Made by a program: the position numbers and the translations under genes
The notes under the pieces: generated by a model
Told to the model about the DNA's origin: nothing
Seen by the model: the letters and a program-made list of their open reading frames with translations, nothing else
The model's database searches: none
NCBI GenBank assembly: GCA_004431415.1
Contig: QPMI01000117.1
Coordinates: forward strand, 124,001 to 188,000
DNA length: 64,000 nucleotides
Reading direction: 5' to 3'
DNA from: Cyanophora paradoxa CCMP329
Taxonomy: Eukaryota; Plantae; Glaucophyta
Shown here: one piece after another, positions 1 to 11,187 of the stretch
Layout of the letters: the number at the start of each line of letters is the position of its first letter
Position numbering within the stretch: the first letter of the stretch is position 1

Positions 1-1327
1 ACGCTGGGCGGAAGAAGGAAAGAAGAGGAGAAGGGAGGGACGAGGCTCAGCGGAGAGAAGGAGAAAAGGCAGGGAAGGAAAGGGCGCGCACCTTGGGCGC
101 CGACGTACGAGAGGGTGTCGTTGAGGGCCGGGGCGAGGTACGGGAGGGAAACCATCGCCTTGGAGACCTGCGCGCGCGCGTGCGGGCGGGCGTGTAGGCG
201 CCGGTCCTGCTCAGCCGCGAACGAAGCAAGAAGGGTAGCGAAGGGGTGGGTGGGCGCCTGGCGGTCGAAGTAGTCGTAGATGGAGGGGTTCTTGATCACT
301 TCCTCTGCCGCCTGGAGAGTCTGGTTGAGGATCTGCGGGCGCGGGCGGGCGGGCGCGCCGCTTGTCAGATCTCTCGCGTCCGGCGCGGACTCCATATCGA
401 TCGCGGATCGCGACGAGGGACGCTTCGGACCTCCAGCTGATTCTGGACGACCTTCAGCTCGTCCTTCACCTTCGCGAGCTGCACGCGCGCGACGGGCGGT
501 CAGCGGCGGCGTGGCGGCGGCGGAGCTCGGCCGCGCGGGCGGCGGGTCGCGCCTCGGTGTCCTTGCCGCGAGCGGAGTTCTGCAGGTTCTCGAGCTCCTT
601 CGTCTTCGCGTCAAGCGAGCCGCGGAGCGTGTTGACCATGCCATCGCGCTCCTGGACGGCCTTCTGCGCATTCGCCGCGGCGTCCGCGTTCTTCTTTGCC
701 TCGTCGGTCTTCGCGAGCAGATCCTCCTTGGCCTCTGCAAGCGGCAAGAGCATGTCACGAAGACCGCACGCGGCCCGCACGATTAGATCACGCGGTTAGG
801 ACTGCGGCTGGCGGCTCTTAGATCCATCCCCTGGCTCCGCCGGCTGCGTAGGGCAGGCGGCCGGGTCGCGACTAAACGCTCCCACGCACTCTTCAGCTCA
901 TCCTCGAGCTCCTTCACGCGAGCCGTAGCCTTGTCCAGCGGGCTCAGCGGGGCCTTCTCGTCCTGAAGCAGCGCGCGGCCTGCGGCACCACGATCAGTTG
1001 ATTGGAGTGGCTACGCGCAGCGTGCCGATTGATTAGGATGGCGAACCCGTCGAAGCGCCCACTTGGGAGACATCCGCGTCTGCGCCGTACACGTCGTCGT
1101 AAGCGGCAGGCGGGCGCGTCCTGGGGCGAGCAAGGCGTCCCGAGACGAACCCTTGGCAACAGGCACTATCACCGGCGAAGACGGCGAACGGGGACGAGGA
1201 TTCAAGTGAGTTTGCGCCCACGGGCGAGGGGCGGCGGTCGGGACGAACCGGGCACGACGTTCTCAAACGCCGCAGCCACAACAAGCAGGACGCAGGCGAA
1301 AGCCAGGCACCGGAGCGCGCCCGCCAT
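1..1327 (-). CDS. Signal-peptide-bearing coiled-coil protein, multi-exon, 3' end beyond window start
   Basis: ATG 1327 gives MAGALRCLAFACVLLVVAAAFE (hydrophobic signal-like). Downstream exons are heptad-rich (LAEAKEDLLAKTDEAKKNADAAANAQKAVQERDGMVNTLRGSLDAKTKELENLQ; LAKVKDELKVVQNQLE) and separated by short introns. Confidence 0.6.
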
Positions 1328-1591
1328 CGTTCCAGGGGGTACGCGAAAGTTGGAGCCGCAGTCGACGTCGGAGCTCGAGCTCGCGCCGGGCCGGGACGCG
1401 ATCGAGCTCAAGCTCGAGCTCGCGCATGCGCAATGTGCACGTGCAATGTACATGATTGCGTTTATTCGCAAGCTCAAGGAAAGAGAAATCCGCATGCGCA
1501 AGCGCTAGCACTGGCAGCTGCAGTCGGCCGATGAACCTCACAAAAAATTGAAATTCGGATGCTAACATGTGCCGGGGGCCCCAGATGCTAG

Positions 1592-4168
1592 CTACGGGAC
1601 CACGCCGGCGCCGGCGCCGCCGGCCGCGCCCCCGTGGGGCTGGGCCCCGCCCGGGGCCTCCGAATCCGATTCCGGGGCGAACAGGCCCCCCCCGCCCTGC
1701 AGCTGACCCTCCTCATCGCTCTCCTCCACCTCCTCCTCGTCATCGTCGTCCGAGTCGTCCGAGTCATCGGAATCGTCCGAGTCGTCCGAGTCGTCCGAGT
1801 CGTCCGAGTCGTCTGCGCGCGGCCGCGGGCGGCGCCGGTGAGCTCGTCACGCGATCTCGAGCACAGCTTATATTTAAGCTTCCGAAGTTCGAGCGCCGGC
1901 CCCTCCCAGCGGGGCGGGCCGGTGCGCATGCGCATGCCGCACCGTCGTCATCGTCGTCGTCGTCGTCGTCATCGCCGTCGAGCTCGACAATCTGCCGGAG
2001 GGCGAGCGGTGAGCGAGCAAGCGAGCGAGCGGGGCAGCGTTTGTTAGCGGGCGGGCGGGCGGGGTCCGCGGACGTGGGTCTGCTGATGCCCGTCGGCGGG
2101 CGCCTCGGAGAAGGTCGCGTGGGGCAGGGCGCCCGAGAGGGCGAACACCGCCTCGGCGCCGCGCCCCGCCGCAGCCACCACCTGAGCTCAAGTCAGCGCT
2201 GGCCTGGGCCTAGGCCTGGCCCGGCCTGGCCCGGCCTGGCCCAGGCGGACCTTAAGCTTGCCGCCAAAGGCCTGCTCCCGGAGTCGCCCGAGGGCCTGGT
2301 AGGCCTCCAGGGACCACGGGGGCGACGAGGGGAAGGCGTGGCGGAGGGTGACCCGCTCCAGCCGCTCGCAGGCGGCGAGGGCCGAGGCCTCCTCGACGGA
2401 GAGCGGGCACCGCGGGGCGCGGAAGAGCCGCCCCTCGCTGTACTCCCACCGGCGGAGCGCCCGCCGGCCCGCCTGCGCCAGCTCCGCCACCACTTTGCTG
2501 CCCGTGCGCCCGGCCGCCGCCGCTGGGCCCGCCGGTTCCGGCAGCTGCGCGAAGGACTGCCGAGGGCGCGGGGGCCGCGCGGGGGGTACAATCAGACGGG
2601 CGCGGGGGTCCGAATCATCAAAGGGGGGTACGGACCACGTGGAGGTCGTCGAGGACGGGTGCGGCGGCGAGGGCGCGCGCGAGGCGGGGTACGATGATGT
2701 CGAGGCCCTCGGCGAGTGTCAGGCGCAGCTTCCGCAGGTGCGCCATCCGCCCCAGCGCATCCAGCGCCGCCGGCGTCGCCGACGGCGCCACCTGAAGAAG
2801 AAACAGGAGAAGATCAGAAGCGGGAGGGACGACAGACGAAAGGGAGAAGATACGAAGGGGGCGCGCCAGCATGGACAGGGATATGAGGTTCTCGAAGCGC
2901 ACGACGTCGTGGAGGCGGGGCCGCCCGTTCCGCGAGATGCTCAGCCGCCGCATGTTCGCGAGCAGCGGGCCGGCGGTGGGGAGCCCGAGGGGCGTGTCGC
3001 GGACGACGGCGCAGGCGCGCAGGTCGCGAAGGGCGGCGTGGTTGGATAGAGCCAGAAGGGCGTCCGGGGTGGAGACCGAGAGCGCCAGGCGGACGACACC
3101 CGGGAGAGCGGAGGCGAGCGCCTGCGTCCGCGCCGAGTCGAACGCCGGAGCGGAGGGGAACGCCAGCGTCGTCAGACCTGTCGGGAGGGGAAGGTTCGCT
3201 CGGTTCGGTTCCCGTTGCTCGGAGTGGAGGGGGGGGTACCGCGCACCGGGGAGGCGGGAGAGAAAGAGGCCCCACTGCCGGGGGGGCCCGAAGACGGCGG
3301 AGACGTGGGCCATGCCGCCTACGACCAGCTCGCGGTCGTCGTCCCCCAGAGAGAAGCACAGCGACCGCAGCTTCCCCGCCCCGCGCAGCGCTGCCCCCAC
3401 AGTCAGATAACGAGATCGGATCGGATCGAATTGCGGATCGAATCGAATCGCACCGCGGAGGGATCCCTCAACGAGCTCGCGGAGGGCGACGCGCCCGACG
3501 CGCTCCTTCACCGTCCCTTCGATCTTCACCTGCGCGCGCGGGCGGAGCGGCGTCAGCCGTCGGCCGAGCGTCCGCCGGGCGCGGGCGCGCGCGCGGGGTC
3601 CACGGCGAGCCCTCGCCTTTTCGATGTTAGGGCGGACGCCGCGCAGGAGCCGGAAGAATGCGTCCCCGGTGGTCGTGCCGAGCAGGAAAGTGCCCTCGAG
3701 GGCGAGTCGGACGGAGAGGGACCGCAGGCCGCGGAGGTAGCCGTGCTTGCCGAGGCGCGCGAGGAACGCCAGCTCGCTGGGCTGCGCCGGCGGCGCCGCG
3801 GCCAACTCGTGCACGGGCGCCACGAGGTTCAGGTCGCCCCACTTGAAGGCGGTGCCCTCGAGAAGGGCTCGGAAGGCGCGGCTGACGGACCAGAGGCGCG
3901 CCCGGCAGAGCGCCTCGACCGCCCCCAGGCGCCGAATGATCTTCACCAGGAGCTCGTCGGGCAGCGACATGAGTCCCACGACTCCGTCCGCCTCGCTCGC
4001 GGGCCCCGCGGACTGCTGGAGCGGGCCGGCCGCGGAGGCTGCAGCTGCCGTTGCGTTCGCCTGGGGCGGGTCGCTGCGCGGGCTGGCCTGCGCGGCATCC
4101 GAACTCTCCGAATCGCTGCCGGACTGCTTCGCGGCACGGCGGCGCTTCATTCTGCGAGCTAGACGCAT
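1592..4168 (-). CDS. F-box / LRR-like protein, paralog 1, with acidic (DDS)n tail
   Basis: Basic N-terminus MRLARRMKRRR. F-box LMSLPDELLVKIIRRLGAVEALCRARLWSVSRAFRALL, LxxLxL repeats, and shared motif PLSVEEASALAACERLERVTLRHAF. Spliced terminal exons are Asp/Ser-rich, with stop at 1592-1594. Confidence 0.8.
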
Positions 4169-5711
4169 GCTCAGATCGCGGGGCCACGCCGGGGAACACA
4201 GGCCCTCGGCGGCGACGCGCACGATGGCGGCGGAGTATGCGCAGGCTCAAAGTTGATCCGAGACGATGTGGAGCTTGGTTGCGAGCGCTCCCCTGTAGGC
4301 AGGTCAGCAAGCTTTCAGGTGCGGGGCCCGCCAGAGGCTCAGTAGGCGCACGGAAGCTGTACAGGAAGGCGATAGCTCCTTCGAAGGCGACGAAGCTGCC
4401 AGGTCACTTGAGCTGCCCCCGCGTTGATCACTTCAGCTACCCCAGCGAGGATCCTAAAAGCCGATGTGTGCTGAGACGGTCGCTGCTGATGCCGTATACG
4501 TACGGTGAAGCGAGGGCGCGGGCTGGACTTCGAGTCGACAATACGTGTACCCCAACGTGATTTGTCCCCTGTCGAATTTGATCTCCGCACTGAAATTCTA
4601 AGTACCTCGTTCGAATTCGCACATTCGCAGATCGATAAAGCTGCCAAGGCGCCGGTTGCATGCGCAGCTGCCGGAGTATTATAGCTAGGGTTAGCTATAG
4701 TGCGCGCGCGCGCGGCTCGCAATTTGAAGTTCAATCTTAAAACTTGAAATCTAAATTAAATTATAAAGCGACGTCGGCGTCGACTGCAGCTGGGAGGCCT
4801 ACTAGGCTATAGCTAGGTGCATGGAATTTTAAAGCTCAATTGCAAGGCCTCGATCCCTCACGTGCACGTGCACCGCCGAATTCGAACTTCGAATTCGGAA
4901 CTTTAATTTGGAGCGTTCACACATGTCCAGCTGCAGCTGCAGCCAGCTTGCGCACGATCAAGCTTAAGCTGGCAATTGCAAGAGGGATCATGGATGGATG
5001 GAGCACTTTTTAGTTCAAGTCCTTTTTAGCTTGAAAAGATTCTTCAGACTACGGTTGGCACCAGGATGGTGTCTGAAAACGAGCAGATCTGTAAGCGAAT
5101 TTGAAGGACAATTACGGTACTGTACACTGATATTGATTGTGAATCCGAAGTCTAGATCTGGGTCCGGAAGCCTGATGTGAAGGCGCGAAAAACGAAATCA
5201 GAGCTAGCTATAGGGCGAACGACGTAATGAAACTCGGAGCTACGTATACGAGGTTGCTAGCGCTAGCGCTCGGCCCAGAGTCCATGGATAAATATTGATA
5301 TCGATCCAAGGCGAGCGAATCCTACCCGAGTCTATCGCTAACTACAACTCAACTACGCCTACGTATTCTAGCGTTCTTGAAAAGGGTTGAAACAAAACGG
5401 AGGCACGCGCGCACGACCACGTGCGGGCGCGCATACGCAAGAAACAGCTCGCAATCGAGGAGGTCGACCGCTGTACACGAGCTGATCGTGAAAACTGAAT
5501 GATCATGATCATGAAATAGCGAAACGAGAAGCTTGAGCGAATTCGAAGGGAATGTGCAACGATGCGATGGCGGGCGGGAAGCTTAATCGTCCCGCCGGCC
5601 AAGCCCGCGGCCCAGCGAGAGCAAAGCCCACGCTGAAGAGAGAGTGGAAGGAGCCGCGCCCGGTCCGCCGCGAAGGGGAGGGGTACCATGGCCAGTGGGG
5701 GAAGCCGCCGG

Positions 5712-7717
5712 CTACTCCGCGCGGCCGGCCGCGGCGTCCGCGTCCGACGAGCGGGGGTACGGCGCCGTCTCGACGAAGCGGGCGTGGGGCAGTACCCCCC
5801 TGAGGGCGGCCCGCATCTGCTCGACGCGGCCGGCGGGGGCGGCCACCCAGAGGCGCTCGCCAAAGGCGGGGGAGCGGAGGAGGGGCCCCAGGGCGGCGTG
5901 GGCCCGCCGCAGCGTAGCTAGGTATGCGTAGGGGGCCGGGGAGGACCCGGAGGGCTCGAAGGCGTGGCGGAGGGTGACGCGCTCCAGCCGCTCGCAGGCG
6001 GCGAGGGCCGAGGCCTCCTCCACAGAGAGCGCCCGCGGGAGGAAGCGCGGGTCGGAAGGGTACACCCACGAGCGGAGGGCGCGGCGGCCGGCGGCGGCGA
6101 CGCGGGCGAGGCGGGCGCTGCCGCCGCCGCCCCCGCGGCCCCCCGCCTCGTCGGCGTCGGGGGCGAGGAACGCAAATCCGACGCGGAGGGCCTCAAGAGA
6201 GGGGGCGGCGCCGAGGGCGGCAGCGAGGGCCTCCGTGAGGCCCGCCCCGTCGCTCCGGAGCACGGCCCGCAGCTCGCGGAGGCGCGGGAGGCGCCCCAGG
6301 CTCTCCGCCTGCCCCGGCGCCCCGTGCCACTCCCCCAGCTGCGCCGCCGCGGACGCGGATAAGGATTCGGCGGGGGGCGGAAAGGGCCCCGCGGGGGATC
6401 GAACCTGGACGTCAAGGAACTCGAGCCCGCCGCAGCAGCGCGCGACGCCGGCGAGGTCGACGTACCCCCCGTCGACGGCGAGGCGGCGGAGGGCGGGGAG
6501 GCCGGAGGGGGGTAGGGAGACGGGCGCCGCGGGGGCGGGGGGGTCAAGGGGCGCAAGCGTGACGGAGAGGTCCGAGAGGAGGGGGAGGGAGGCGAGGGGG
6601 TACAGGCGCTCCTCGTCGGCCCGGGCCATCGTCACCGCCAGGCGCCGCAGCCCCGGCAGCGCCTCGACGATCGTCTGCGGGCGCACGCGCGTCGGCGACT
6701 CGGCGGGCGGCGGGGGTACGCGGACGAAAGAGCTGCGGGGTACCGTACCTGCAGCTGACGGGTGTCTACGATGGGCGTCCTCTGGAGCAGGAGCGTCGTG
6801 AGGCCTGCGGGCGGGGGGCGTCAGCCGCGCAGGTGGAATCGCGATCGCGGACGCGGCGGAACGAAGTGAAACCCGTACCCGGGAGCCCGTCGCCCAGAAG
6901 CTCCCGCCACAGGTTCGGCGAGACGCCGATCCTGTACCCCTCCGGATCGTCCGGCTCGGCCACGTCGCCCGTGAAGCTGTACTCCGTCACGTTCGCCCCC
7001 CGGAGCGCTGCGGCGTCGGGGTCGGTCCGAGATTTGATCGGGCAAGATTTGATCCGCGGCCGCGGCCGGCGGACGGACGCACCGGAAAGGGACGCGACAA
7101 TAAGCTCCCCGACGGCGGCGCAGCTCTGCTTCTGGAAGGAGGCCGTGACGCGCACGGCACGGACGCCGAGGCCGGCCGGCTCGCGGGCGCTCTGCAGGAG
7201 CGAGACGAGGGCGGCCGCGCCCGGTCCCGCGAAGCTCTCCTGCATCAGCTCCACGGAGAGGGAGACGCAGCGTACGCCGCGCAGGAGCCCGCGCCGCGCC
7301 AGGCGCGAAGCGACGAGGACGTCCCGGGGCGCCTCGCCGCCCACCGCCGCAGCGATGGGAAGCTCGCTCCACTCGACCGCATCGCTCTCAAAAACCTGGA
7401 GGAACTGCTTGCACACAGCCCAGAGCCGCGCCCGGAGCAGGGCCTCCAGCGGTCCCACGTGCCGGACGATCTTGGCGAGAAGTTCGCTGGGAAGCGACTG
7501 GAGGCCGGGGCCGTCACATGCGGACGCAGCTTTAGAATCGTCAACTTTGTCCGATGACGCCGGCTTCGCATGGCTTGCGTCCTTATTGGCGAAGGGATCA
7601 TGCTGCGCGCGAAGAGCGCTCCGGTCAGAAAAGGGGAGCGCGCGCTGGGAGCGTGTGGCGTATGTGACCTACCTCGGTCTCAAAAGGCAATACATGGTCC
7701 GACCGCGATCGCTTCAT
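5712..7717 (-). CDS. F-box / LRR-like protein, paralog 2
   Basis: ATG 7717 (MKRSRSD) splices in frame to F-box LQSLPSELLAKIVRHVGPLEALLRARLWAVCKQF. LRR-like repeats and the same C-terminal motif ALSVEEASALAACERLERVTLRHAF follow. Confidence 0.8.
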
Positions 7718-8451
7718 GCCCAGCTCTCACAGGCGAACGCGTCCTCGGTCCGATCCGTGACGGACGGGCCTGCTCGCCGTCAGGGCAGAGCACGGGGATT
7801 CCGAACGGAGGATGAGTCGTACCAGCGTGCAAGAAAGAGTGTCGACCGCGTGGCTCCTCGGGAGCGAGTCGGACAAGGCCAACCGCGAGCCAGCTTGTGA
7901 CGCTGCTCAATACTGCTGCGTACGCCCGCTCCGATTGAACACGGGGAGGTGCAAGGACCCGGGAGCCGCTCGAAAGTAGTGCGCGCAGCCGTCCCCGCCC
8001 TGAACCCGCACGAGCCCCGCGATGCACGTACCCCGCCCGGTTCCACGGTACGTACCCCCATGGGAACTCCGTGAGTCCCGTGACAGTCTTCGTGCCCCGC
8101 GCCCGAAAGCCGGTGCGCTCGGTGCCTGAAGGCATTGGTGACCCAATGCTGACGCCCAGGATCGTTGCAGGAGCGCGGCGCGAGAGAAGAGCGTACACGC
8201 GAGGCGAACGCGGCCTGATCTGCCTATCAGGGGGTCTCCAAGTGCACCTGTGTCGGTTAGCGGCGCCCTTCTTCCACCCGCGCTAATGTGACCTGTCGCC
8301 TGAAACGCGCCTCGCAGCCCGCGCCGCCGAACTGCGGCCACGCCTTCAAACTTGGCCGACCTTGAGAGCGGCGCGTGGAGGAGCGTACGCTCGGGCCGCC
8401 GTGCACCTCCGACCAAGCCTGCCCCCGGCGTGCTCAGCACAGCACATCCAG

Positions 8452-10714
8452 ATGAAGCGGCCCCGCGAGGAGTCGCACCGCGCGGAGGCGTGCGCGCCTT
8501 CCAATTGCAAGGACGACCATGCCGCGTCCTCTGATTCCCATGTGCGCTCCGCCCGCGAACGGGGCTCCGCCGCTCCTCCCGCGCAGTGCATGTGCATGTA
8601 GTCTCACGCCCGTGCGCAGGCCCCCGCCGCGCGGCGTCGCCGAGCGCCGGAAACGCGCAGCGCGCCAACGGAAGCTCCGGTGCCGGCGGCGGCTCTCTCG
8701 GAGGCCGGGGGGGGCCTCCTGGACTCGCCGCGCATGCCCGACGCGGTGCTCGCCCTCGTCTTCGAACACCTGGGCGCCGTGGAGGCGCTCTGCCGGGCGC
8801 GCCTGTGGGCGGTCAGCAGGCGCCTCCGCGCGCTCCTCGAGCGCGGCGCGGTCGAGTGGGGCGAGCTGCAGCTGAGCGTCGTCGCGGCGGCGCCGGCGGC
8901 GCCCCTGGGCCCCGAGCGCAGCGACCGCGACCTGCAGCTGCTTGCGCGGCTCGCGGGGCGGGGACTGCTGCGAGGCTTGCGCGCCCTCTCGGTCGAGATC
9001 GTCCTGCGCAGCCCGCCGGTGGTCCTGCGCAGCCCGGCGTTGGCCGCCGCCGCCCATGACACCCTTCACGCCCTCCTCGTGCTCTTCTCGACCACGCGCG
9101 GGGCGGCGCCGCCGGCTCCGGCGCCGGCGCCGGCGGCTCCGGCCGGCCTCGAGTCGGTCGCAGTCGTTGCGCGCGTGGAGCTGGCCGCCTGGCAGCACGG
9201 CAGGTTCCCGGCGACCTGGCTCCGCCTGCTCCTCGTCGGCACCCTCAACAGTGCGCCCGCGCCCGCGCCGCGGCCGTGCACCCAGGGTACAACGATCCGC
9301 GCCCGACTTGCGCCGCAGTGGTGGGCGTGGCCGCCGGGCTCAGAAGCCTTTCGTTCGAACTGTCCGGACTCGCCGCGGGCCAGTTCATCCCCCTCAGCAG
9401 CCTCGTACCCCCCTCCATCCTCCAGCGCCTCATCTCCGCGTCGCCCGGTGCACGCGCCGTACCCCCACCGCCCCCTCCACCCCCTACCCCCTCCCGCTCA
9501 CCCGGCCGGCAGCGCTGCAGTCCCTCTCGCTCTCCAGGACGCTGCCGGCGACGCCGGGCGTCCTCGCCGTCCTCGGCACGGCGGCCCCGCGCCTCCGCGA
9601 CCTCTCGCTCCACGTCACGTCGGCCGGCCCCGCGCCGTACCCCCTTCAAGCCTTCGCCCGCCTCCCGAGCCTGCGCTCGCTTCGCCTCGGGCTGCTCACC
9701 CGCGCCCCCCTCCCCGTGGCGCCGCCCCCGCCCCCGGGCCTCGCCGCCCTCCGGTCCCTCTCCCTCTCCAACGGGGCCCTCCTCCTCCCCGAGCTCCGCC
9801 ACCTCCCCGGCCTCGAGGCCCTCGAGATCGAGGTGCCCCCCTCCAACTCCACCCCCCTCCCCTCCGGCTCAGCTTGTCTTTCCGTGCAGCTCCACGCGGC
9901 GGACGTGGACGCGGGGCCGATCGCGGGGCTCCCGCGCCTGCGCGAGCTGACGGTCGCGCTGGTCAACTGCGGCGAGGCGCTGTTCGCGTCCCTCGCGGCG
10001 GCGCTGCCGGCCTGCCCCGCCCTCCGCGCCCTCCACGTGCGCCTCCGCGAGGCGCGCCCCGGCGCCACCGGCCGCGGCCGCACTGCAAGCGGCCTGGCCG
10101 CCGTCCTGGCGCGGGCGGGTGCGCCCTGGCTCCGCTCCTGGGAGTACTGCTCCTCCGACGGGCACCACCTCGCGCGGGCGCCCTCCGCCCCCCTCTCCCT
10201 CAACGAGGCGCGGGCGCTCGCCGCCTGCCCGCGCCTCGAGCGGGTCGCCCTCCGCCACGCCTTCGAGTTCGAGCCGCCGCCTTCGCTCGACGCGTACGCG
10301 GCGCTTGGGCGCCTCCGTGGGGCCGACTTCGGCGCCCGGCTCCGCGTAATCGCCCCGGGCCCCGCTGGGTGCGAGGCGCGGCTCGCGGCGGCGCTGGGGG
10401 GCGTGCTGCCTCACGCCCTCTTCGTCCCGGAGCGGGGGCCCGAGCCGGCGCCCCCGGGCCCGCCGGGCCCGCCGGGCCCCGGGCCCCGCCTCGCCCCCAT
10501 CAACGTCGACGTCGGCGAGTCCTCCTCCTCTTCCGACGAGGAGAGCGGGGAAGAGGACGAGGGCGGGGGCGAGGACGAGGGCGATGGGAGCGGGGAGGAG
10601 GGCGGGGCCCCCACGTCCTTGCCGCCCCCCCTCGACGAGGACGAGGGCGATGGGAGCGGGGGGGGGGACGGGGGGGCGAGCGAGGCGGCGGCGGCGCTCC
10701 ACGGCCCCGCGTAG
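8452..10714 (+). CDS. F-box / LRR-like protein, paralog 3, with acidic tail
   Basis: ATG 8452 (MKRPREE), phase-0 intron ending 8619, F-box MPDAVLALVFEHLGAVEALCRARLWAVSRRLRALL. LRRs (LPSLRSLRL, LAALRSLSL, LPRLRELTV), motif PLSLNEARALAACPRLERVALRHAF and a D/E/G-rich tail. Confidence 0.8.
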
Positions 10715-11187
10715 TCCCCCAGTCCCTGGCCCCCCGTAGTCCCTCTCCGGGCCCTCCCCGGCCCTTGAGATCGTGATCGTGATACGCGCACTTCGAATTC
10801 GAGCTTTGAATTCAAAAATTGCCGACCCCTGCCCGCCGCGCTAGCCTCGATCGCGCTCACCCATGGGCCACCTCCACCTGATTACACATGTACACACTAT
10901 ATCATCACACCCATGGCTCCGAAAAATCACACATGTACACAAAATCACAGCTATAGCTATAGCGCTGCTAGGAACAGATACGAGACCAATTGCTACCAAC
11001 AATTGTGAGCTCACAGCGCTGACTCTCATCAGCGGATCACTAGAAGTAGGTATACGTATACGTAACTAGAAAGTCCTAGGACTAGAAAAATGACTTGAAA
11101 CCGGACGTGTGTGTAAAATTATATGTAATTATAACTAGAAATCGAAAAATGACCACGTAGAATAGAAATCCTGACCTCCTCCGAGGC

